From positions 1,550,001 through 1,614,000 of the forward strand of contig OY986950.1 in NCBI GenBank assembly GCA_963920595.1: 64,000 nt of DNA, given 5' to 3'. This stretch comes from Eimeria praecox (taxonomy: Eukaryota). The notes below the pieces were generated by a model that had not been told where the DNA came from, searched no databases, and worked only from the letters and a program-made list of their open reading frames with translations. Positions 38,525-50,800 of the stretch are shown here, in pieces. Every line of letters begins with the position of its first letter. The stretch's first letter is position 1. A program made the position numbers and the translations under genes.

Positions 38525-41000
38525 GCGCTGCGTAGGAGCGATTAGGTGCTTCCGCTAGCAGGCCGTGCGTTGGCGCATCCACAGGCACACGGGCGCACCG
38601 CTTCTTGTTGCAGGCGTTACAGAGGGTAGCGATACGTTCGGGTGTACCTGGGTGTGTCCTTGATGGTCTCATGAGCTGGATGCGGCGGTGAAACGTCAAG
38701 ACTTTGACGACCTGATGCCTCTCGTTTTATCGTCGTTGGGAATTACGTTTCCCTGGACTGGGTGGCCTTCGAACATTTGCTTACATGCATTTTTGATTGC
38801 AAGTTGCTTTAGAAGATGACAATTTGTGGGCCTGTGGTTTTCTGCGAAGACTAGCGATGGCAAAGGAGAATTATGGTTGCGTAGCTCAGCAAGTGGCACG
38901 TGTAGGATGTGAGTTTTAAGGCTGGGCACTATGCATTGCAGCAAACAAACAGATTGTTTTGCCTGTGTGTGAGGAAGAAAACATATCCATTTGCCACAAG
39001 TGCAAATCGCTGATGAACTTGGAGCGCTCGTAGCTGTAAGACGTTTTGTTGGGTTGTCAACTCCAAGTCCACTGACGATTGTGTGTGTAATTGGCAAGGA
39101 AGTGTTGCATAGGAATAGGAGGGGTGGCGCCGCTCCACGCAGACACTAAGAGATTTGTTGTTGCTTCTGTTGGGTATGCTTGTTCTTGCCGTAGTCTATA
39201 GACGGGGGCAAGGAACATGGGGTCCGTTAAACGTTCCGCTGAATCTCTTGCCACATGAATTGCCGGCTTCCTGTGCATGTGGTGCAATGGCTTTCCAAAA
39301 GCATGACGAGTGATCCGCTGAGAAATGAAAACAGACCCTTAAGTGCTGCGTGTAGGTTTTCCCCAAGTGCGCCTTGTGATGGCGAAGCCGCCTCGCTTCT
39401 AGAGCTCCATGTTCCGATTGAAGGCCACCGTTGCAATGAAGGCTGGTGATTGATTTGACAAAACACATTAGTGGTAGTTTTGCGTAGCTTCTTGCAAGTC
39501 ATACGCGTTTAACGAGGGTGACCAACGCAGCTTGTGAGTGCCTACAACAGCTTCAAATGTTTTAAGGATGCGCTTGTCGAAGTCATGCGCTCTTGTGTGA
39601 ATTTGCACGTGGGCGTGGAACGTGTTATGCTTGATTGGCCGATTGGATTGCGGCGAACTACGGGGACTAAAGAGACACGTGCTTCTAGGCGTGTTGAGGA
39701 AGAGCGTGGGCCTTTAGATGCAAGAAATGGTCATCGTTCGAATGGACAGTGTTGCGGGATCGTCACCTCAGGAAGTGGGTTTTAGACCGAAACGATTTTG
39801 TGTCTGCCACAGCATCCTCAGCCATAGTCTTCTCAAGGTGTTTAACGGAGTATATCTTGGTATGGGTCGGGTGAAGGCCAGCTAGTTCTGCTTGCCTGCC
39901 TTAGTGGAAGCGCTGCTTGGTTTCACTGTGCATGCCATGCGTGAGCACGAGGGGAGCTGCCACCGGATACCAATGGTAAGCTTTCATCCACGCTGGGATT
40001 ACGTTCATGCCTGCTTACTCCCTGTCGTAGCAGCAGCATCCGTAATGTTCTTGACTCAGAAAGCAAGTTTCTAGCATCAGTGGAGGCGATGGGATTCGTG
40101 CTGTATAAAAGCAGCGCACAGCTGAAGTTGAAAGAACCTTACAGCTCAGATGCCACATTTGGCGGTCTTTGCATATTGGGGATGACTTGTCGTTCGGTGC
40201 ATTTCTGTGTCGCTTTGTGAATCTCAGTGTGTTTGGAAGCAGTGGTTTAAAGGTGGGAGCAGTTGCACTTGGGTACGATGGTTTTATAGCTCGTGAGTCG
40301 TTGCGCTCAGGCGAAATCTGTTTCCCAGGCATGATTGGTTGCCAGGCTGAGCACGCCTACTGTGGTGCGGTGTTGGCCGTGCCTACATGAGGCATTTTCC
40401 TATGTGTGGCACATAGCGTGTCATGACAACTTCGATGTTTAACTATTACTCCCATTCTATTCTCTTTGGACGAACTGCAGGCTTCATGATTCCTTGGTTT
40501 GACCTGTTTCTTTGGGCTTTATGCACATTTGACCTGTGTCCTTGCGTTTGACGCAGCAAGTGCGCCAGTCTTGTCATCCTACGTTTAACCGCTTGTGAGA
40601 ACACCCAGGATACCCTATACTTTGAAATAACTTGAAATATGCGGACTCAAACGTTGGAGGCTTGGAACCGCAAATTTCGATTCTCGTGCATCCTGAATCT
40701 TCGAGGCTTGTTTTGACTATTTTCTGTACAGCATCCTGCACCACGGATGAGATGCATTTTATCGCCCATTAAGCGAGGCGTTTGCTCTCAAGCCAGAATA
40801 ACGCGCAGCAGGGTTTTTTTGTTGCTAAGGAGGTGAGTCTGTGTTTTATGCTGCAGCCGCTTGCCTCGCCAGCATGGCTGTGCAAAGGGCATCCAGACTA
40901 CTCTGCGGGACCCAAACGAGTTTCCACACTCTCTTTCAGCAAGTAGGTTGTGCCCATTTCATCTTCGTGGTTTGGAAAGCACTCGTGCACTTTATTGATG
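38525..41000. repeat. Third, partial copy of the segmental-duplication block (equivalent to about 27514-29950), fused into the macrosatellite
   Basis: ORF offsets of 11049 (27880->38929, 28485->39534, 28843->39892). Junction cccagatgcg|ctgcgtagg at 38525-38527. Confidence 0.95.
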
Positions 41001-43729
41001 CCTCTGCCAAGAAAGGCAAGCTTTGAACATAAAATATCCTCGTTGCTGTTGTACGTCGGATGCCTCCTGTAGCTGAGCAGTAGTCTCCAAGCAGCCACCA
41101 TACGTTGTGACAGCGATGGGGGAGTATGCAAAATTGCACTTCCTACTGTGTTCTACTGTAGACAATGGAAATTGTATGCTCAACGCCCGCAAGGGGGTCC
41201 TGCTGGGTTCTGCAAATTTCACAGTTGGATGGACGGCGCGGCGCTTTACACCATCTGCAGCTTGTGCGCCGCAGTATCTTTGTTGATGGCGCTCTTGCTA
41301 ACGCGTTGGCGATCTGCAAGCGTTACAAAGGCTGTTTATATTCCCTATAGATGTTGAGCCAAGTATTTGAATATATGAGTGTTGGGGAATGGACCAACGA
41401 GTGAGGCTGGCGGCGCCATCCTGTTGCCAGCACGATGATGCTATCTTGCTGAGCGCTATACCGGGAACGATTAGGCTATATATTGTTGTGTACAAACGTT
41501 GCCGCCTATGCCTTCATTGTTGTATTCGGCAACGCATTATTGATACCTGTGAATTGTGTACGGAGAAGGCGTCTGCTAACTGCGTGTTTTTGTAGGTGCA
41601 TGGTGGGTTTCTCTAGGCACTTTGCAGGTGGAATGCTTTCGGCTTTTCCGTAGTGGGTCACGTTTCATCTCAACGGACTAGCGAACTCTGATCGCTGCAT
41701 TATGTGGAGCTGATAACGCATACGTGCACACCAAAACGTCCCAATGTGCGTCTGGCTTACTGGCCTCCAGACGGCGGCAGAGGTTGGCGTTTGAATCTGC
41801 TGGTGATTTAGAAAGGAGTTCTGCCGTTGGTGAGTTTAGTGTCTTAGGCCACGTTCTGTGAAGTAGGACATCTTACTGTGTCACGGTCTTGCACAAACAA
41901 GAAACAAGTACATGCGCAACCTCCCGTCAGATAGTGAGTTGCCCAATTTGGCTCCAGCAGGGCGTTCGCGAGCACAGACATGTTGCTGCCTAAAGTGTGC
42001 ACTGTTTTATTCTGAGTAGCCATGGTCACGCATTGGCGCCAGCGTATTCATAGGCATTACTGTATCGGCTTGATTTGTTCACAAACCTGTGGATACGGCG
42101 CTACGAAGCATAGGAGGGCCATCGGCCTTTTGTGTGCGATTCTCGTGAATGTCCTGTTGACAGTTTAACAAGCTACTCGAGCAACCCGGTTGTTGAATGG
42201 GTGGCGCTGGCATGATGCAAACAGAAAGTAATTTTTCTCATTGGCCAGCCAGCCTATCCTGCTCAAGCGTGCTGTGGATGCTCATCAGATAAGGACAGGC
42301 AGCAGCTTGGAGGATGCATGTGTGGTGTAGAGCTTTCCCAAAACATGGTGGGGGCACACGCTTACAGTTGTCACTTCACTCAAAAGATGCGTTTTACTAG
42401 GTTTTTGGAGGAATGGATTCGTTGAGCTACGCGTGCCCAACTGTGCAGTTGCTGGTCTATGTTTAGAGGCAGAGGCAGAATATTTGAGTTTTTGATATCG
42501 GCTGCCTTTTGAATCGTCTTTTATTTGAACCCCGTAATATCTATAGACCGGGCATATGGCGCTTCGCGGGGGTTCACGTTCCCCAGTCGTACAGATGTTG
42601 AGCCTCCGCTGGGCATGGCGTGTGTATCGATCGTATCTGTGCTGGAGTTTAGGTTGTGTGGGTGGTTCGGATTTTGGGCTGCACGCGTGGTTCCCTGTAT
42701 TTGATATGGAGGGTCTTGCGTAGAGTCTGTTCTGCTGTTTGTTCTGTTGGTGCCCTCGAGGTAGCAATCTAGGACGCAAAGTGCGTATTGCCAAACTCAT
42801 GGCTTGCGCGATCTGCCCAGATGCGGCGGTGTGTACGTTTAAATTCACTTGCAGATAGGCATGAAGGAGACCTGAGAACGGCAGCGTGTTTTGCAGCCTA
42901 GAAGAAAGCATAGCCCTCGGATGGTGTGCGTTTTGAGATCATTCGTTCTTGCGTTGTGTTGGTAAGCATCCATGCTGCACGGTTAGACTTGTTTGTGGAG
43001 CGTTGCTGTCCGACGATGTCAACTGCCTATGGGCTGCATTTATGGCTAGCCTGTGTTTTGCTGTTTCAGAGTTGTGAACGCCATGGCGGTGGTTTGGTCT
43101 CCAATGTCTGTGTCTTTGTAGACCCCAAGGCCATATGCTTTGTTATAAGTGCGGAATTTGTAAACGGTTGTATCGTGGGCGCAGCAAACGCCACGAGCTT
43201 CTTTCTTTGTTTCTCATTACCACCATGTGGGCTTTTCTTTGCGCATCTCACAGGACGTGCGCCTCGCATTTGGACAGTTGCACTGGCTCTATAACGGCGC
43301 TTTTGCTTCGCTTCTGCAAGGTGGTTTTAAGAGTGTCTCGATAGAGGCGCTGGAGTTTGTGGTTAACCTTAGTTTCAAGCGTGCACCGAAAACGCCCCCC
43401 AGTCAGATGCTGCTGATCCCTTGCTGATGCGCCTTTAATCTGTGTGGGGATAGGTATAAAATGCAGCCTACTGTTAGGTGGAACACTGGCATGTGACCGA
43501 CTTACACTGTATGCGTTCATGCGAGCATGGCTTTGTGTTGGGTGGATATTTGTCGGACTGAAGCGTACGTGCCTGCAGTTGCGAACTTGCAGCCACGCGC
43601 GGCAGTGCAGAAGAAAGCCTAGCGTGCGAAGAATGAGCCTTTCGATCGTGCTGATATTGTGTTTGGGCTTCTGGTCGTGCTGCATACGAAGACACGTTTC
43701 GTAGCCGCTTGGCATCCACAGATATAAAA

Positions 43730-44800
43730 TGTAGTTGAGCTTCACGGCTTGCGGACTAGCGTGCAGTTTCTCGTTTGAAGGTTGCGAGCCCGACGGTGGC
43801 GATTCGGTCTCGAGCACTTGTTTCCCTCTCCGTCTGAAGGCTGCATGCTGGGTTATTGTTGCGAATATTGCAAACGGTTTTAGCGTGGTTGAAATGTATA
43901 CCAGGAGTAGCCTCTTCTGTTGCTTCTCACGGTCAGAGCAAGTGTGCTGTTCAGCGCATCGCACAGGAAGTGGGCTTTAGTTTTGAGCAGTTGCACCTGC
44001 AGTTTAACAGTGCAGAACACTGGCGTCATTTCTGCAGAGTGTTGTAAGTGGGTGTTGACATCCTGACATCCTTACCGATGTTTGTGGCCTGCCTTATTTT
44101 CAAGCGTGTAGCGAAAATGCTTTCACGCCGAATGCTGCTGGCCGCATGTAACTGTGTCTTTATGCAGCTTGGTGCTGCTGAGAGTAGGTGAAGGCCTGCC
44201 ATGTGATCTACCGAAGAGGTAGGCGCGTATGGGAGGAAGTTGTTGCGTTGGCTGTATATTTGTCAGAGTGAAGTGGACATGCCTGCAGTCTCAAAGTTAC
44301 TGTTGCGCCGAAAACCTGTCTAAGGTGCGGGTATGTGCTCGATCGGCTGGTTCTGATGCAGATCGTGGATGAGTTGCAAGACTTGCGCATTTGCCTTCAG
44401 TTTCTCATTGCAGGGTTACAAGCCGGACAGCGGCGGTTTGGTTTCGAGCACTAGTTTCCCTCTGGGTCCAAAGGCTACCTGCTGGGTTATTGATGCGAAT
44501 GTTGCGAACATTTTTAGCGTGGTTGAAATGAATACCACGAGTGTCTTCTTTTGGTGCTTCTCACGGTCAGAGCAAGTGTGCTGTTCAGCGCATCGCACAG
44601 GATGTAGGATTCACCTTTGAAGGGTTAAGCCAGCGCTTTAACAGTGCAGACCACTGGACGCATTTCTGCAGAGTGCTTTTGAGTGGTTGTAGACAGCGGT
44701 AGAGATGCTTGTGGCCTGCCTTAGTTTCAAGCGTGCACCGAAAATGCTCTTGCGTCGAGTGCTGCTTGCCGCTTGTATCTGTGCCTTTAAGGTGCTATAG
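43730..44800. repeat. Two ~634-bp-spaced subunits of the ~650-bp family
   Basis: Anchors at 43889 and 44523. Confidence 0.88.
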
Positions 44801-47800
44801 TGGCTGCATGTCTAGGCGGCCCAGTGAATCGCAGTGCATTTGGAAGCCGCATATGAAATGCGCGAACAGTAGTGCTTGGGTGCGATGGCCTTTGCAGCTT
44901 GTGAGTCGCTGCGCTCAGGCGAAATCTGTTTTCGAGACATGAGTTGGCTACCACGCTGAGCACGCCTACTGTGGTGTGGTGCTGGTCGCGTCTACGTGAG
45001 GCATTTTCCTATGTTTGGCACACAGCGTGCCATGACAACTTCGATGGTAAACTAGTACTCCTATTCTCTTTGGACGAACTGCAGGCTTCATGATTCCTTG
45101 GGTTGACCTGTTTCTTTGGGCTTTATGCACATTTGACCTGTGTCCTTGCGTTTGACGCAGCATGTACGCCAGTCTTGTCACCCTACGTTTAATCGCCTTC
45201 GAGAACGCCGAGGATGACCTATACTTTGAAATAACTTGAAACATGCAGACTCAAACGTTGGAGGTTTGGAACCGCAAATTTCGATTCTCGTGCATCTTGA
45301 ATCTTCCATGCTTGTTTTGACTATTTTCTGTACAGCGTCCTGCACCATGGATGCATTTAGTCGCCTATTAAGCCAGGCGTTTGCTCTCAAGCCAGAATAA
45401 CGCGCAGCAGGGTTTTTTTTGTTGCTAAGGAGGTGAGTCTGTGTTTTATGCTGCAGCCGCTTGCCTCGCCAGCATGGCTGTGCAAAGGGCATCCAGACTA
45501 CTCTGCGGGACCCAAACGAGTCTGTACACTATCTTCCAACATGTAGGATGCGCTCATTTCATCTTCGTGTTTTGGAGAGCAATCGTCCACTTTATTGATG
45601 CCTCTGCCCAAAAGAACAAGCTTTGAACATAAAATATCCTCGTTGCTGTTGTACGTCGGATGTCTCTTGTAGCTGAGCAGTAGTCTCCAAGCAGCTATCA
45701 TACGTTGTGACAGCGATGGGGGAGTATGCAAAATCGCACTTCCTACTGTGTTCTACTGTAGACGATGGAAATTGTATGCTCAATGCCCGCAGGGGGGATC
45801 CTGCTGGGTTCTGCAAATTTCACAGTTGGAAGGACGGCGCGGCGCGGCGCTTTACAACATCTGCAGCTTGTGCGTCGCAGTATCTTTGTTGATGGCGCTC
45901 TTGCTAACGCGTTGGCGATCTGCAAGCGTTACAAAGGCGGTTTATATTCCCTATAGATGTTGAGCCAAGTATTTGAATATATGAGTGTTGGGGAATGGAC
46001 CAACGAGTGAGGCTGGCGGCGCCATCCTGTTGCCAGCACGATGATGCTATCTTGCTGAGCGCTGTACCTGGGAACGACTACGCTATATATTGTTGTGTAT
46101 AAACGTTGCCGCCTATGCCTTCATTGTTGTATTCGGCAACGCATTATTGATACCTGTGAATTGTGTACGGAGAAGGCGTCTGCTAACTTCGTGTTTTTGT
46201 AGGTGCATGGTGGGTTTCTCTAGGCACTTTGCAGATGGAATGCTTTCGGCTTTTCCGTAGTGGGTCACGTTTCATCTCAACGGACTAGCGAACTCTGATC
46301 GCTGCATTATGTGGAGCTGATAGCGCATACGTGCACACCAAAACGTCCCAATGTGCGTCTGGCTTACTGGCCTCCAGATGGCGGCAGAGGTTGGTGTTTG
46401 AATCTGCTGGTGATTTAGAAAGGAGTTCTGCCGTTGGTGAGTTTAGTGTCTTAGGCCACGTTCTGTGAAGTAGGACATCTTACTGTGTCACGGTCTTGCA
46501 CAAACAAGAAACAAGTGCATGCGCAACCTCCCGTCAGATAGTGAGTTGCCCAATTTGGCTCCAGCAGGGCGTTCGCGAGCACAGACATATTGCTGCCTAA
46601 AGTGTGCACTGTTTTATTCTGAGTAGCCATGGTCACGCATTGGCGCCAGCGTATTCATAGGCATTACTGTATCGGCTTGATTTGTTCACAAACCTGTGGA
46701 TACGGCGCTACGAAGCATAGGAGGGCCATCGGCCTTTTGTGTGCGATTCTCGTGAATGTCCTGTTGACAGTTTAACAAGCTACTCGAGCAACCCGGTTGT
46801 TGAATGGGTGGCGCTGGCATGATGCAAACAGAAAGTAATTTTTCTCATTGGCCAACCAGCCTATCCTGCTCAAGCGTGCTGTGGATGCTCATCAGATAAG
46901 GACAGGCAGCAGCTTGGAGGATGCATGTGTGGTGTAGAGCTTTCCCAAAACATGGTGGGGGCACACGCTTACAGTTGTCACTTCACTCAAAAGATGCGTT
47001 TTACTAGGTTTTTGGAGGAATGGATTCGTTGAGCTACGCGTGCCCAACTGTGCAGTTGCTGGTCTATGTTTAGAGGCAGAGGCAGAATATTTGAGTTTTT
47101 GATATCGGCTGCCTTTTGAATCGTCTTTTATTTGAACCCCGTAATATCTATAGACCGGGCATATGGCACTTCGCGGGGGTTCACGTTCCCCAGTCGTACA
47201 GATGTTGAGCCTCCGCTGGGCATGGCGTGTGTATCGATCGTATCTGTGTTGGAGTTTAGGTTGTGTGCATGATTCGGATTTTGGGCTGCACGCGTGGTTC
47301 CCTGTATTTGATATGGAGGGTCTTGCGTAGAGTCTGTTCTGCTGTTTGTTCTGTTGGTGCCCTCGAGGTAGCAATCTAGGACGCAAAGTGCATATTGCCA
47401 AACTCATGGCATGCTTGATCTGCCCAGATGCGGCGGTGTGTACGTTTAAATTCACTTGCAGATAGGCATGAAGGAGACCTGAGAACCGCAGCGTGCTTTG
47501 CAGCCTAGAAGAAAGCATAGCCTTCGGATGGTGTGCGTTTTGAGATCATTCGTTCTTGCGTTGTTTTGGTAAGCATCCATGCTGCACGGTTAGACTTGTT
47601 TGTGGAGCGTTGCTGTCCGACGGTGTCAACTGCCTATGGGCTGCATTTATGGCTAGCCTGTGTTTTGCTTTTTCAGAGCTGCGAACGCCATGGCGGTGGT
47701 TTGGTCTCCAATGTCTGTGTCTTTGTAGACCCCAAGGCCATATGCTTTGTTATAAGTGCGGAATTTGTAAACGGTTGTATCGTGGGCGCAGCAAACGCCA

Positions 47801-50800
47801 CGAGCTTCTTTCTTTGTTTCTCATTACCACCATGTGGGCTTTTCTTTGCGCATCTCACAGGACGTGAGCTTCGCGTTAGGGGCAATTGCACTGGCTCTAT
47901 AACGGCGCTTTTGCTTCGCTTCTGCAGGGTGGTTTTAAGAGTGTCTCGATAGAGGCGCTGGAGTTTGTGGTTAACCTTAGTTTCAAGCGTGCACCGAAAA
48001 CGCCCCCCAGTCAGACGCCGCTGATCCCTTGCTGATACGCCTTTAATCTGTGTGGGGATAGGTATAAAACGCAGCCTACTGTTTAGTGGAAAATCGGCAT
48101 GTGACCGGCTTACACTGTATGCGTTCATGCGAGCATGACTTTGTGTTGGGTGGATATTTGTCGGACTGAAGCGTACGTGCCTGCAGTTGCGAACTTGCAG
48201 TCACGCGCGGCAGTACAGAGGAAAGCCTAGCGTGGGAGGAATGAGCCTTTCGATCGTGCTGATATTGTGTTTGGGCTTCTGGTCGTGCTGCATACGAAGA
48301 CACGTTTCGTAGCCGCTTGACATCCACAGATATAAAATGTAGTTGAGCTTCACGGCTTGCGGACTAGCGTGAAGTTTCTCGTTTGAAGGTTGCGAGCCCG
48401 ACGGTGGCGATTCGGTCTCGAGCATTTATTTCCCTCTCCGTCTGAAGGCTGCATGCTGGGTTATTGTTGCGAATATTGCAAACGGTTTTAGCGTGGTTGA
48501 AATGAATACCAGGAGTAGCCTCTTCTGTTGCTTCTCACGGTCAGAGCAAGTGTGCTGTTCAGCGCATCGCACAGGGAGTAGGCTTCGCCTTTGAGCAGTT
48601 GCACCTGCAGTTTAACAGTGCAGAACACTGGCGTCATTTCTGCAGGGTCTTGTAAGGGGGTGTTGACATCCTGACATCCTTACCGATGTTTGTGGCCTGC
48701 CTTCGTTTCAAGCGTGCACCGAAAATGCTCTTGCATCGAATGCTGCTGGCTGCTTGTATCTGTGCCTTTAAGGTGCTATAGTGGCTGCATGTCTAGGCTG
48801 CCCAGTGAATCGCAGTGCATTTGGAAGCCGCATATGAAATGTGCGAACAGTAGTGCTTGGGTGCGGTGGCCTTTGCAGCCCGTGAATCGTTGCGCTCAGG
48901 CGAAATCTGTTTTCGAGACATGAGTTAGTTACCACGCTGAGCAAGCCTACTGTGGTGTGGTGCTGGTCGCGTCTACGTGAGGCATCATCCTATGTTTGGC
49001 ACGCAGCGTGCCATGAAAACTTCGATGGTAAACTAGTACTCCTATGCTATTCTCTTTGGACGGACTGCAGCCTTCTAGATTCCCTGGGTTTGAGCTGTGG
49101 GTTTGGGCTCTATGCACATTTGACCTGTGTCCTTGCGTTTGACGCAGCAAGTAAGCCAGTCTTGCCACCCTACGTTCAACCGCCTTCGCGACCACCGGGG
49201 ATGCCCTATACTTTGAAATAACATGAAACATGCAGACTCAAACGTTGGAGGTTTGGAACCGCAAATTTCGATTCGCGTGCATCTTGAATCTTCCATGCTT
49301 GTTTTGACTATTTTCTGTACAGCGTCCTGCACCATGGATGCATTTAGTTGCCTATTAAGCGAGGCGTTTGCTCTCAAGCCAGAATAACGCGCAGCAGGGT
49401 TTTTTTGTTGCTAAGGATGTGAGTCTGTGTTTTATGCTGCAGCCGCTTGCCTCGCCAGCATGGCGCTGTGAGGGGCATCCAGACTACTCTGCGGAACCCA
49501 AACGAGTCTGCACACTATCGTCCAACATGCAGGGTGTGCTCATTTCATCTTCGTGTTTTGGAGAGCAATCGTCCACTTTATTGATGCCTCCGCCAAGAAG
49601 TGCACGGTTTGAACATAAAATATCCTCGTTGCTGTTGTACGTCGGGATGTCTCTTGTAGCTGAGCAGTAGTCTCCAAGCAGCCACCATACGTTGTGACAG
49701 CGATGGGGGAGTATGCAAAATCGCACTTCCTACTGTGTTCTACTGTAGACAATGAAAATTGTATGCTCAATGCCTGCAGGGGGGATCCTGCTGGGTTCTG
49801 CAAATTTCACAGTTGGATGGACGGCGCGGCGCGGCGCTTTACAACATCTGCAGCTTGTGCGTCGCAGTATCTTTGTTGATGGCGCTCTTGCTAACGCATT
49901 GGCGATCTGCAAGCGTTACAAAGGCTGTTTATGTTCCCTATAGATGTTGAGCCACGTATGTGAATATGTGAGGGTCGGAGAATGAACCAACGAGTGAGGC
50001 TGGCGGCGCCATCCTGTTGCCAGCACGATGATGCTATCTTGCTGAGCGCTGTACCTGGGAACGACTACGCTATATATTGTTGTGTATAAACCTTGCCGCC
50101 TATGCCTTCATTGTTGTATTCGGCAACGCATTATTGATACCTGTGAATTGTGTACGGAGAAGGCGTCTGCTAACTGCGTGTTTTTGTAAGGGCATGGTGG
50201 GTTTCTCTAGGCACTTTGCAGGTGGAATGGTTTCGGCGTTTCCTGAGTGGGTCGCATTGCATGTCAAAAGAGTAGAAAACTCTGATCGCTGCATTATGTG
50301 GAGCGGATTACGAATACGTGCACACCAAAACGTTCCAATGTGCGTCTGGCTTACTGGCCTCCAGACGGCGGCAGAGGTTGGCGTTTGAATCTGCTGGTGA
50401 TTTAGAAAGGAGTTCTGCCGTTGGTGAGTTTAGTGTCTTAGGCCACGTTCTGTGAAGTAGGACATCTTACTGTGTCACGGTCGTGCACAAACAAGAAACA
50501 AGTGCATGCGCAACCTCCCGTCAGGCAGTCAGTTGCCCAATTTGGTTCCAGCACGCCTTTCGCGAGCACAGACATACTGCTGCCTAAAGTGTGCACTGTT
50601 TTATTCTGAGTAGCCATGGTCACGCATTGGCGCCAGCGTATTCATAGGCATTACTGTATCGGCTTGATTTGTTCACAAACCTGTGGATACGGCGCTACGA
50701 AGCATAGGAGGGCCATCGGCCTTTTGTCTGCGATTCTTGTGAATGTCCTGTTGACAGTTTAACAAGCTACTCGAGCAACCCGGTTGCTGAATTCATGCGG

